Source of the DNA: an uncultured Verrucomicrobiae bacterium
GTDB lineage: Bacteria; Verrucomicrobiota; Verrucomicrobiia; Limisphaerales; Palsa-1400
Length of the DNA stretch: 64,000 nt
Assembly: GCA_963707025.1 (NCBI GenBank)
Contig: CAVPOM010000006.1
Span: 192,001 to 256,000, forward strand
Direction: 5' to 3'
A program made the position numbers and the translations under genes. Each line of letters opens with the position of its first letter. Positions within the stretch are counted from its first letter, which is position 1. This document shows positions 22,217-33,042 of this stretch, one piece after another. The notes below the pieces were generated by a model. The model worked only from the letters and a program-made list of their open reading frames with translations, searched no databases and was not told the DNA's origin.

Positions 22217-24961
22217 TCAAGGGGTTGTCGTCGCGGCCTGGATGGTCACGCTGGCGCCCTGCAATCCCGCCGAACTGGCGTGCAGCACAATCGGACCGGC
22301 CCCTTTGGTGGAACGGATGATGGCCAGGCAAAGCCCGTTGAAGGCCTTGTGGTCGTGCGCCTGGAAGGACTCGAAGCTGGTGGCGTCCCCGTTGTCCGTC
22401 GCCGCAATCTCCCCGGGGCCTTCGATGTCAAAGTGAATCGAGGCATCCGCCCGCGGCGCCATCACGCCCTGGGCGTCTTGCACCGTCACCGTCACAAAGG
22501 AGAGGTCCTGCCCGTCCGCGTGGATCGTGGTCCGGTCCGGCAGGGCCGCCAGCTTGGCCGGATCTCCCGCTGTCTTGACTTCGTCGGTGGCCCACTGCTT
22601 TCCATCCTTGTAGGTGACAACCTTCAAGGTGCCGGGCTGGTAAACCACCTCGTCCCACCGCAGCCGGTATTCGTACCGTCCCTTCGTCTTGCGCCCGAGC
22701 GACTGGCCGTTGAGGAACAATTCCCCCTCGTCGCCCGAGGTATAGACATGCACGGGCGTGACCTGGCCGACGCGGTCCGGCCACGTCCAATGCGGCAGGA
22801 TATGGGCCATGGGAAAATCCGGCCGCCAGTGCGCCTGATAAATATAAAACCGGTCCTTCTTGAAGCCGGCCAAATCTATGATTCCAAAATAGGAACTGCG
22901 CGAATTAAACGGGGTCGGCTCCCCCAGATAATCCCAGCCGGTCCAGACAAACTCCCCGCCCACAAACGGATACCGGTCCTGCGCCGCGAACTCCTTGTCC
23001 GGTGACGTCGCCCACCCCGGAAAATAGAGATCATAGGAACTCATCTGGCGGTTGGGCGCGTCCTCCCCGTGAGTCCCGTTGGCCACCGCGCCAATGCCGG
23101 TTGCCACCGGGAAGGTATAGACACCCCGGCTGCTGATGGTGGATTCGGTTTCGCTGCCATAAACGAAATTGGTCGGGAAGCTCCCGTGGAAAACCGGATA
23201 CTGCGCATTGGTGGACATGCCGCCGCCTGCGCCCTGATAATTCAGGCCCAGCACGTCAATCGCCTTGGGGAATGGGCTGCTGGCGCGCGCGCTGTTCTCC
23301 GCCGAGGTCGTCGGCCGGGTCGGGTCCTCTTCATGCACGATGTCCGTCAGATTCTGCGCCACCGCCGCGCCGGTCGCCCCTTGTCCCTGTTCGCCCACTT
23401 CGTTGCCGATGCTCCACATGATGACGCACGGATGATTGCGGTCGCGCCGCACCTGCGCCCGCATATCCTGCTGGTGCCAGTCCGCGAAGAGCAGGTGGTA
23501 ATCCAGGGCGGTCTTTCCCGACAGCCAGCAGTCAAAGGCCTCGTCCATCACGACCAGTCCCATTTCGTCGGCCAGCTCCAGCAACTCCGGCGCCGGCGGA
23601 TTGTGGCTGGTGCGAATGGCATTGCAGCCCATCTCCACCAGCGTCTGAAGCTGACGCTGCAATGCCCGGCGATTGACCGCCGAACCCAGCGCCCCCAAAT
23701 CATGGTGATCGCACACCCCGTTGAACTTGAGATGCTGGCCGTTGATAAAAAATCCATCGTTCGGAGTAAACTTAAGCGTCCGAATTCCAAACGGAGTCTC
23801 ATAACTATCCAGCACCCGCCCGCCCTGCCGCACTGTTGTGACCGCCACATACCGATTCGGCTTCTGCGCCGGATACGGCCCCCACAAGCTCGGATTCGCC
23901 ACCGTCGTCTTGCCTTCCGTCATCGCGCTGGCGCCCGGCGCGATCTGGATGCTGGCCTCCGGGATTCCAGCCACGGCCGGGCCGGTTTTGTTCCCGTCCG
24001 AATTCAGCGCGAAAATCTCCGTGGCCACGGCGACCCGCGCCTTCTTCTTTGAACTGTTCTCAACCGTGACTTTCAAATTGACCGTGGCCGACGCCGCGGC
24101 GACTTCCGGCGTGGTCAGGTAAGTTCCCCAATGGCCGACATGGACCGCCTCCGTCTTGACCAGCCAGACGTTGCGGTAAATCCCGCCGCCCGGATACCAC
24201 CGCGACGAATTGGGCGGATTATCCAGCCGGATCACCAGTTCGTTGTTCTCTCCCGGCTTGGCATACGGCGTCAAATCCACGCTCCACGACTCGTAGCCGT
24301 AAGGCCAGCCCCCGACGAATTGCCCGTTCAACCACACGGTCGCGTAAGCCATCGCCCCGTCCACCTCCAGCAAGAACGATTTGCCCGCGTCCGATTTCGG
24401 CAGATCCAGCTTCTTCCGATACCACCCAATGCCATAAAACGGCAGCTTCCCCGTCCCGCCGTCGCCATTGGTAATCCAGGGACCTTCGATCCCCCAATCA
24501 TGCGGCAAATTCAAGGCCCGCCACGAACTGTCATCAAACCCGGGCTGGACGTAAGCCACGTCTCCTCCCAAATTTCCCGCCGGCCGGACGTGCCGCTGCG
24601 CCGGCTCTTTGATGAGATCATTCCCCGTGGGCAGAATCCATTGCTTGATGACCTGCGGCGCGGGCGCCGAAGCTTCATTTGTTGGCGCGGCAGCCGCAGC
24701 CCCTCCGCGCCGTCCCCGGCCCCGTCCCGCCGGACGCACATCGTAGAGTAAACTGACCTGGTTTCCGGGCGGATCGCCCTTGGTGAACCGCCAGTCCATG
24801 TCCAGCGAGAGCCGTTCCCGATGGGAAACCGCCCCGACAGCGGGATTGCTGGAGCAGCCATTTTGCAGTGCGAAAACAAGAGCCGCTCCAAGAACCGCTC
24901 CCGGCAGGATGAATTTCACCTTGTGATGACGAATAAATTGAAAAACGGTTTTCGTTGACAT
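22217..24961 (-). CDS. glycoside hydrolase family 2 (beta-galactosidase-like), secreted
   Basis: LPHDWGIEG, SRWYPGGGIYR, RTSHNPP, WSIGNE, WTGWDYLGEP; the annotated upstream 58 codons are repeat-derived. Confidence 0.93.
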   Translation of the reverse strand: MSTKTVFQFIRHHKVKFILPGAVLGAALVFALQNGCSSNPAVGAVSHRERLSLDMDWRFTKGDPPGNQVSLLYDVRPAGRGRGRRGGAAAAAPTNEASAPAPQVIKQWILPTGNDLIKEPAQRHVRPAGNLGGDVAYVQPGFDDSSWRALNLPHDWGIEGPWITNGDGGTGKLPFYGIGWYRKKLDLPKSDAGKSFLLEVDGAMAYATVWLNGQFVGGWPYGYESWSVDLTPYAKPGENNELVIRLDNPPNSSRWYPGGGIYRNVWLVKTEAVHVGHWGTYLTTPEVAAASATVNLKVTVENSSKKKARVAVATEIFALNSDGNKTGPAVAGIPEASIQIAPGASAMTEGKTTVANPSLWGPYPAQKPNRYVAVTTVRQGGRVLDSYETPFGIRTLKFTPNDGFFINGQHLKFNGVCDHHDLGALGSAVNRRALQRQLQTLVEMGCNAIRTSHNPPAPELLELADEMGLVVMDEAFDCWLSGKTALDYHLLFADWHQQDMRAQVRRDRNHPCVIMWSIGNEVGEQGQGATGAAVAQNLTDIVHEEDPTRPTTSAENSARASSPFPKAIDVLGLNYQGAGGGMSTNAQYPVFHGSFPTNFVYGSETESTISSRGVYTFPVATGIGAVANGTHGEDAPNRQMSSYDLYFPGWATSPDKEFAAQDRYPFVGGEFVWTGWDYLGEPTPFNSRSSYFGIIDLAGFKKDRFYIYQAHWRPDFPMAHILPHWTWPDRVGQVTPVHVYTSGDEGELFLNGQSLGRKTKGRYEYRLRWDEVVYQPGTLKVVTYKDGKQWATDEVKTAGDPAKLAALPDRTTIHADGQDLSFVTVTVQDAQGVMAPRADASIHFDIEGPGEIAATDNGDATSFESFQAHDHKAFNGLCLAIIRSTKGAGPIVLHASSAGLQGASVTIQAATTTP

Positions 24962-25046
24962 GCCCGCATTATACAAACGGGCTTTCTCCGCGCCAGAACT
25001 TTCGGCGCGAATCCACGAGGGCGAAGGGACGGCACAAGATGGAGTG

Positions 25047-25163
25047 GGGCGCAGCTCGATGCCACCACCATGCCAGTTGCCAATTCCCTCTCCCCACCAA
25101 GTGGGGAGAGGGTAGGGTGAGGGGGTTCCATCCATCCAACGGTGGTTATATCAAGATGCGCCC
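25047..25163. mobile_element. MITE-like element: 14-bp terminal inverted repeat enclosing a CCCTCTCCCC...GGGGAGAGGG palindrome
   Basis: GGGCGCAGCTCGAT / ATCAAGATGCGCCC (12/14 complementary) with an internal REP-like hairpin. Confidence 0.7.
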
Positions 25164-25268
25164 ATGGAGTGATGGCGCGGTCGCCGCGGCTTGACCCCTC
25201 TGCGGGCGCTTTCGTACTATTTGCGTTCCCCGTTGATTACCTGATCCGAAGCAGACCTTGTTTTTAGA

Positions 25269-25555
25269 TCAATAATACATCGAAAATGCATGAATCCATT
25301 GTTGGATATTCAAGAAGTATGGCTTGTAACCTTGGACCCACGCAAACGTCTTCCCGCCCACCTTTAGATCCACACGGCTCGATCCGTGAACGTTTAATAA
25401 CGCCCCTAACGTAGGAACGACCTTTGCTTTGACGTGCTGCGAACCGATTACAACGTCGCTAAGAGTACAAAAAACAAAATCTTGACCGCGATGAGACCGC
25501 ACACGGCGAGAATGGCATAGATGTGAATTAATCGCCTGTTTCTCTTGTACCACAT
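25269..25555 (-). pseudogene. AT-rich small membrane-anchored ORF fragment(s)
   Basis: MWYKRNRRLIHIYAILAVCGLIAVKILFF then a possible frame change; composition differs from neighbours. Confidence 0.35.
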
Positions 25556-25557
25556 AA

Positions 25558-26970
25558 TTATTTCCCGCCGCCTGGACGCGTCGTGAACAGGCCGACGATG
25601 GAACAATTGAACGACGTATAGGCCTTGTAGGTCCCGCGAAACCAGAGCACGCATTCCTCCCCGCCATACCGGCGCGGCACGTAGGGGCGCAAATTGTCCT
25701 GTGCCGAGTCGGTCGTGATCTGCCGCCAGGAAAAATTCAGCCCGCCGTCGCCGGTGACCCCGCGCCAGATTTCATAACGCTGCCCGGCGCGCAGCGGAAT
25801 GTTCGTCGTGTCGGCCAGCTTGAACGGCTCGCCCGCGTTGCTCGATATATAGACCGTGCGCGGGTCCTGCGGGTCCAGGCAGATGCCCCCGGCGTAGTCG
25901 TCCTCCGCCGGATAGAGCGGTCGGCCCGCGTGGGCGATGAAGCGCTTCTGCCAATTCGTCCCGGTCCAGCGCGCGTAGTAATAATAGATGCGGTCGTCCG
26001 CCCCTTTTTCCGGCCCGGCCACCCGATGCCGCTGCACGCTGAACACACAGACCGGCCCGCCGCCGCCCTGCGCGCCGATTTCCCAGCACCAAGCGCGCCC
26101 GGTGGGAATCCACTGGTTGGGATCAGCCTGCGCCGCGTCGCTGAATTGATAAATGACCGACCCCCGCTCGCCGGCGTCATGCAGAATGGGCAGACTGGCG
26201 AAGCTCCGCACCAGTTCCCCGCCGGTTTTGTAAAAAGCCCCGTCCTGGTAGTAAAGGTGATAGAGCGAATTGGCCACATCGCGCGGATGCCCGTCGGTGT
26301 AAAGAAAATCAATCCGCCGGACCCCGTTCTGAACTATACTTGACGTAGGGCCGGATGGTTCCGCCCCGCCCAGTTTCGATGAACAGTCGCGGCGCCGACC
26401 AGGCGGCCCCGCCGTTGCTCGAGGTGAACACGGTGGGATTGTAATTCAGATTGCGCGCGAAATTGTAGATGCGGCCGCCCTCCGCCGAAAGCTGGAACGG
26501 GTTGGCGTAGGTCAGGCCCGCGCCGGTGCCGGGGATCGTCTGCTCCCCGCCCCAGTCGGCGGCGGTGACGGGATTGGTGGTCAGCGAACGCCGGAAGGCG
26601 AAGAACCGGTCGGCGCCGTGGCGGGCGTAAATGGCGAGCAGGGTTCCGTCCTGTTCCGGCAGGAGGGCGGGCACGTCGTGGTCGTCGCGTTGCGTCCAGG
26701 TGCTCGCCCACAAATTCGTCGTCAGCCCCGTCCGTGGATCGAACACATTCAACCCCGATTTCCCATCCGCAAAGCGCACCGAGCCAAAGTAAAGCAATCC
26801 GTTATGGAACACGGCCCGCGGGTCATTATACCAGGTCCAAGCCCCGTCCTGCGCCAGCACGGCGAAGTTGGTCTGCGCCGCCGCGCCCATCGCGAGCAAA
26901 CACGCAGCCGCCCAGAGGGCGCCAGCCAGTAATCGCCGAGGTCCGAACGCGAATCGAAGGCGACTGAATA
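25558..26970 (-). CDS. BNR-4 repeat beta-propeller protein (polysaccharide-lyase-like), frameshifted near 26325; start uncertain
   Basis: GAWTWYNDPRA, DDHDVP, TYANP, RPYVKY then IDFLYTDGHP, EDDYAGG, DNLRP, LWFRGTY. Confidence 0.8.
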
Positions 26971-27307
26971 ACTCAAGTGGCAGAAACAAACGCGCCTCCG
27001 CGCACGCGCTGATCCACGCCAGCCGCAAGGTCAGGCGGTAATGTGATTTCAATACCCGGCAAACTATACCCTTTTCAATCAATCTGGCAACGGGACTTTG
27101 CTGCTCAGGCGGCAGGGATGTGTGAGATAAAGGACAACTCAAATCGGGCGATGGGGCGCGTCGCACGGCCAAAGTGGAATCGGTGTTGCGTAGTCCACGA
27201 CGCTTCGCTCTCCCCGCACGCCAGCGAGCTGCCGACAGGTCCCGGCCGGCGATGAGATTTTTGGACGGGGGGCTTGAAAAAAGGAGGCAAACGAGGAAAT
27301 TGAAGGC

Positions 27308-29551
27308 ATGCGACTGGTTATTGTGTCGAATCGGCTGCCGTTCACGGTTTCATTTAATGAAGGCGCGCCGCAGTTCAAGCCCAGCAACGGCGGTTTGACC
27401 ACCGGGATGTGGAGCTATCTGGACCGCAAGGCGGGGGAGGGGGCGGAGCGGCTGGAGTACTTATGGATGGGCTGGCCGGGGGCGAGCGTGCCGCCGGAAC
27501 ACGAGGCGGCGGTGCGGACTTATGGTGAAGAGCATTACAAGTCCAGCCCGGTTTTTTTGCCGGAAGAGAGCATGGACCGGTTTTACCTGGGTTTTTGCAA
27601 CAAGACCATCTGGCCGCTGTTCCATTATTTTCCGACGCTGACCCACTACGAGGAGGCGTACTGGCAGGAGTACCAGCACGTGAACGGGGTTTTCGGCGAG
27701 GCGGTGGTCAAGGCGCTGCAAGCGGACGACCTGCTCTGGATCCACGATTATCACCTGATGCTGCTGCCCAAACTGGTGCGGGAAAGGTTTCCGGAAATGC
27801 CGATCGGTTTCTTCCTGCACATCCCGTTTCCGTCCTGGGAGGTCTTTCGCATGCTGCCGCGGACCTGGCGGGAGGAAATCATCGAGGGGCTGCTCGGCGC
27901 CAGCGTGATTGGTTTTCACACTTACGATTATGCGCGGTATTTTCTGAACTCGGTGCTGCGCACGGCCGGATATGAACACCATCTGGGCAGCCTGGCCTTG
28001 CGCGAGCGGGTGGTAAAGGTGGACACCTATCCGATGGGGGTGGAGTTCGACCAGATCGCGCGGGCGGCGGCCTCGAAGGAAACCGGGTTGAGGGTGGCGG
28101 AATTGCGGGAGAAGTGTGTCGGGCAAAAAGTGATTTTTTCGGTGGACCGGCTGGATTACACCAAGGGGCTGATCAACCGGCTGCGGGGCTATGAATTGTT
28201 TCTGCGGAACAACCCGCAGTGGCACGGCAAGGTGGTGTTCATCATTTCAGTGGCGCCTTCGCGGATCGGGGTGGACAGTTACCAGGCGATGAAGCAGGAA
28301 CTGGAGCAGACGGTGGGCCGCATCGTGGGCGATTTCGGCAATGTGCACTGGACGCCCTTGATTTATCAGTTTCGCAATCTGACTTTTGATGAAATCGTGC
28401 CGCTTTACCACCTGTGCGACGTGGCGTTGATCACCCCCTTGCGCGACGGCATGAACCTGGTGGCCAAGGAATTCATGGCGTCGCGCCCGGACCAGACGGG
28501 GGTTTTAATTTTGAGCGAGATGGCCGGGGCGGCCAAAGAACTGGGGGAGGCGCTGATCATCAATCCATTTCATCGGGAAGATTTTGTCAAGGCGCTGGAA
28601 CAGGGGCTGACGATGCCGGTGGAAGAACAGATCCGCCGCAACAAACTGATGCAGGAACGCCTGCGGCGCTACGATGTGGTGCGCTGGGCGGATGATTTCG
28701 TGCAGGCCTTGTTGTCCACCCAGAAAACCGAGGCGGCGCGGCGGGCGCGGGTGCTGGCGGGAAAGGCGCTGGGTGAGTTGATGCAACATTACCGCACCAC
28801 GGCGCGACGGGCCTTGCTGCTGGATTATGACGGCACGCTGGTGCCCTTTGCCGCCGTGCCGGGCCTGGCGCAGCCGGACGCGGAGCTGCGAGAGTTGCTC
28901 GACCGGCTGGCGGCAGATTCGAGCAACGAAGTGTGCATTGTCAGCGGGCGCCCGCGGCAAACGCTGGAGGAATGGTTTGGGAAGCTGCCCATTTCACTCA
29001 TCGCTGAACATGGCGTGTGGTTGCGCAGGAGAAACTCCGACTGGCGGATGTTGAAAACGGTGACCAACGAGTGGAAGGAGCGCGTTCGTCCGATCCTGCA
29101 GCTTTTCGTGGACCGCCTGCCAGGGGCGTTGCTGGAGGAAAAGGAATACTCGCTGGCTTGGCATTACCGGGGCGCCGACCCGGACCAGGCATCGCTGCGC
29201 GCCAAGGAACTGCTGGACGACCTGGCGGGTTTTACCCGGAACATCGAGGTGCAGGTGTTCGAAGGCAACAAGGTGCTCGAAGTGCGCAACTCCGGCATCA
29301 GCAAAGGCGCGGCGGCCATGGAATGGCTGGCGGCGCAGAGGCCGGATTTCATTCTTGGCATCGGGGACGACTGGACGGACGAGGACTTGTTCCGCGCGCT
29401 GCCGCCCGCCGCTTTTTCGGTGCGCGTGGGCGTGGCCAGCACCGCGGCGCGTTTTTATCTTGTCAGTCATACGGCGGTGCGGCGGGTGCTGCGGGATTTG
29501 AGCGAAGATCCGCGCGAGAAAACCAACGAGCAGGCCCGGCCGGGTGATTTC
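27308..29551 (+). CDS. otsAB: bifunctional trehalose-6-phosphate synthase/phosphatase part of ORF 27308-31507
   Basis: [41 protein letters not shown] motifs LDYDGTL and GDDWTDED. Confidence 0.93.
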
Positions 29552-32500
29552 ATGTCCACTCCCAAACACAGCGGCCACAAGCCCGGCCTGGAACCGTTCT
29601 GGTACAAGAGCGGGGTCATTTACGAGGTGCATGTCCGCGCCTTTTACGATGCGGACGGCGACGGCTCGGGGGATTTTCGGGGGCTGACGGAAAAGCTGGA
29701 TTATATCCAGGATCTGGGGGTGACGGCCATCTGGCTGCTGCCGTTTTATCCTTCCCCGCTGAAGGACGACGGCTACGACATTGCTGATTACTGCGGGGTG
29801 CATCCCATTTATGGCACGCTGGGCGATTTCAAGATGTTTCTGGGCGAGGCGCACCGGCGCGGGCTGCGCGTCATTACGGAGCTGGTGCTCAACCACACCT
29901 CGGACCAGCATCCCTGGTTCCAGCGGGCCCGCCGGGCCAAGCGCGGCAGCCGCTGGCGGAATTTTTATGTGTGGAGCGATGACCCGCATAAGTACAAGGA
30001 TGCGCCGGTCCTTTTTCATGGAGCCGAAGCATCCAACTGGACGCTGGACCCGGTGGCGGAAGCGTACTTCTGGCACCGTTTCTTTTCGCACCAGCCGGAT
30101 CTGAATTTTGACAATCCTGAAGTCCACCAAGCCATTTTCAAAGTGGTTGATTTCTGGCTGGATCTGGGGGTGGACGGCATGCGGCTGGACGCGGTGCCCT
30201 ATCTTTATGAACGGGACGGAACGACCTGCGAAAACCTGCCGGAGACCCATGCCTTCCTGAAATCGTTGCGCGCGCATGTGGACCGGGAATATGGCGACCG
30301 GATGCTGCTGGCGGAGGCCAACCTGTGGCCGGAGGACGCCGTGTCTTATTTTGGCGGGGGCCGGGGGGATGAATGCCAGATGGCATTTCATTTTCCACTC
30401 ATGCCCAGGTTGTTCATGGCCTTGCACATGGAGGATCGTCTGCCGGTGGTGGAAATCCTGGAACAGACTCCGGCCATCCCGGCAACCAGCCAGTGGGCCT
30501 TGTTCCTGCGCAACCATGACGAGCTGACGCTGGCGACCGTGACGGAGGAGGAGCGCGACTATATGTATCGCACCTACGCGAAGCTGGATCAGGCGCGGCT
30601 TTATCTGGGCATCCGCCGCCGGCTGGCGCCGTTGTTGGGCAATGACCGCAAGCGCATCGAGCTGCTCAATGCCCTGCTCTTCTCCCTGCCCGGCACCCCG
30701 GTGCTTTACTATGGGGACGAAATCGGGCTGGGCGACAACATCTATCTGGGCGACCGCAACGGGGTGCGCACGCCGATGCAGTGGAGTTCGGACAAGAACG
30801 CCGGTTTCTCCCGCGCCAATCCGCAGAGGCTTTATTTGCCTGTCATCCTCGACCAGGCCTATCACTACGAGGCTTGCAACGTCGAGGCGCAACTGGACAA
30901 TCCCCACTCGCTGCTCTGGTGGATGCGCCGGCTGCTGACGCTGCGCAAACGCTGGCGCGCGCTTGGGGAGGGCCAGTGTGAATTTCTGCAACCGGAGAAC
31001 CACAAGATTTTGAGCTACCTCCTGCGCTACGAACAGGAAACCATCCTGGTCGTGGCCAACCTCTCGCGCTTTGCGCAGCCGGTGGAACTGGATCTGTCGG
31101 CCTTCCAACAAATGGCCCCCATCGAGCTGTTTGGCCGCATGAAATTTCCGGCCATCACGGACGCGCCCTATTTGCTGACGCTCGGCCCGCACAACTTCTA
31201 CTGGTTTTCCATCGAGGCAAAACCCCAGCCGTTGGAGGCCGGGCCGGGCCGGCCAGGCTGCCCTCGCTCTCCGTCGTCGCGGACTGGCAGGAGATTTTTA
31301 CAGGATCATCGCCGACCAAGTTCGAGGCCTTGCTGCCGGGCTACCTCAAGGCGCAGCCGTGGTTTTTGGGCAAGCTCAAGACCATCCGGCTCGCCACCGT
31401 CAAGGAAGTCTTCAGTGTGCCGTTGCCGGATCAACAGACGGCCGCGCTGGTGTTTCTCCAGGTCGAGTATGTGGAGGCCGACCCGGAATGGTATGCGCTG
31501 CCGCTGACCGTGGCGAGCGGCGGCCAGGCGGAGCGATTGCGCGAAAGCGGCCTGGCCGAAATAGGCCTGGCGGACGGCAGCCCTCACGGCCTGCTGGGCG
31601 AGGCCTTCGCCCTGCCGGCTTTTGCCAGGGCGTTGCTCGAATTGCTGCGCAATCGCGGCCGGCTGCGCCTTCCGCGTGGTGAAATCGAGGCGACGCGCAC
31701 GGCGGCCTTGCGGCAGATCTTGAATGACGAGGCGCTGCCCGATCCCGTCATCCACAACACCGCGGAAGGCAACGCCGCGGTTATTTTTGGCGGGAAGCTG
31801 GCGCTCAAATTCTTCCGGCGGGTTGTGGCGGACATCAATCCCGAGCTGGAAATTGGACGCCATCTCACCGGGCAGGGTTTTCCCAACTGCCCGCCGACGC
31901 TGGGCGCGCTGGAATATCGCAGCCAGGATTATCCGCCAATGACCCTGGCCGTGGCCAGGGCCTTCGTCCCGCAGGCCAAGAACGGCTGGGAATTCACGCT
32001 CGATGCCATCGGGCGCTATTATGAGCAGGTGGTGGCCGAAGTGGCGCAGGGTCATTTGCCACCGACCACCTCCGCTGAAGTCACGGACCACGTCGGCACC
32101 TATCTGGAATCCGCGCGCCTGCTCGGCGTGCGCACGGCGGAACTGCACCTCGCGCTGGCCTCCGGCGCGCCGGGCAGCGAGTTTTCCGTCGAGCCGATGA
32201 CGCCGCCATCCCTGCGGGGACTCTTCCAATCCATGCGATCGCTGGCCTTGAAAAACCTGCGCCTGCTGCGCAGACAAATCAAATCGCTGCCGCCGGATCT
32301 GGCGCCCGTGGCCCAGCGCGTTCTCGAACTGGAGCCGGTCATTCTCCATCATTATGGCCAACTGATCGGACCGCGCTTTGCCGCCGGACGCATTCGCATC
32401 CACGGGGACTGTCAACTGCGCCGGGTGTTGTGGACGGGCCGGGATTTTGTGTTTCCCGACTTTGAAGGGGATGCGACCAAACCGATCAGCGAGCGCCGCA

Positions 32501-32904
32501 TCAAACGCTCCCCGTTGCGGGACACGGCCCGGATGCTGCGTTCCTTCCATCACGCCACCTATGCGGGATTTCATCAGCAGGCCGAACGCGGCGTCATTTC
32601 CCCGGAGACCCTGCCCAAATTCGAACCGTGGGTGCGGCACTGGAACCGGGCCGTCAGCCGCGCCTATTTGCAGGCTTACTGCCAGAGCCTGCGCCCTTCC
32701 GCTATTCTCCCCGGCGAGGAGGACAAGCTGCACATCATGCTGGTGGCCTACTTGCTGGACCAGGTCATGGATGAATTGGGCGATGAATTGCAGCTTCACT
32801 CCGACAATGTCCGCGCCCCCCTGCAAGCGATCATTCACCTGACCGATGAGCAGACCTTGTTGCACCTCACCGGCGCGGCCGGCGCAAAAGACTCGGGCCA
32901 ATGA
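29552..32904 (+). CDS. treS: trehalose synthase TreS with C-terminal maltokinase (Mak/Pep2) domain, frameshift near 31250; in frame with otsAB
   Basis: NHTSDQHPWF, RLDAVPYL, FLRNHDELTL, GIRRRLAPL; then LKFFRR...NPELEIG, RIHGD, DFEG, RSPLRD. Confidence 0.9.
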
Positions 32905-33042
32905 AATCCGCGCTCCAGGCACCGGGTGGCGCGGAGCACCGCCCGGCCTGCCTTGCCCTCACGGCCCCTGATGGGCGCGCCGCTGATTTTGCGCTTTTAA
33001 ACTTGCGCCGCGAGTCTGGACTCTGAACCTTGGCCGCTGATC

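Noticed and set aside
24962..25135. N-terminal extension of GH2 (likewise Uma2 at 19549-19968)
   Set aside because: The extensions translate repeat elements; downstream ATGs give sensible starts.
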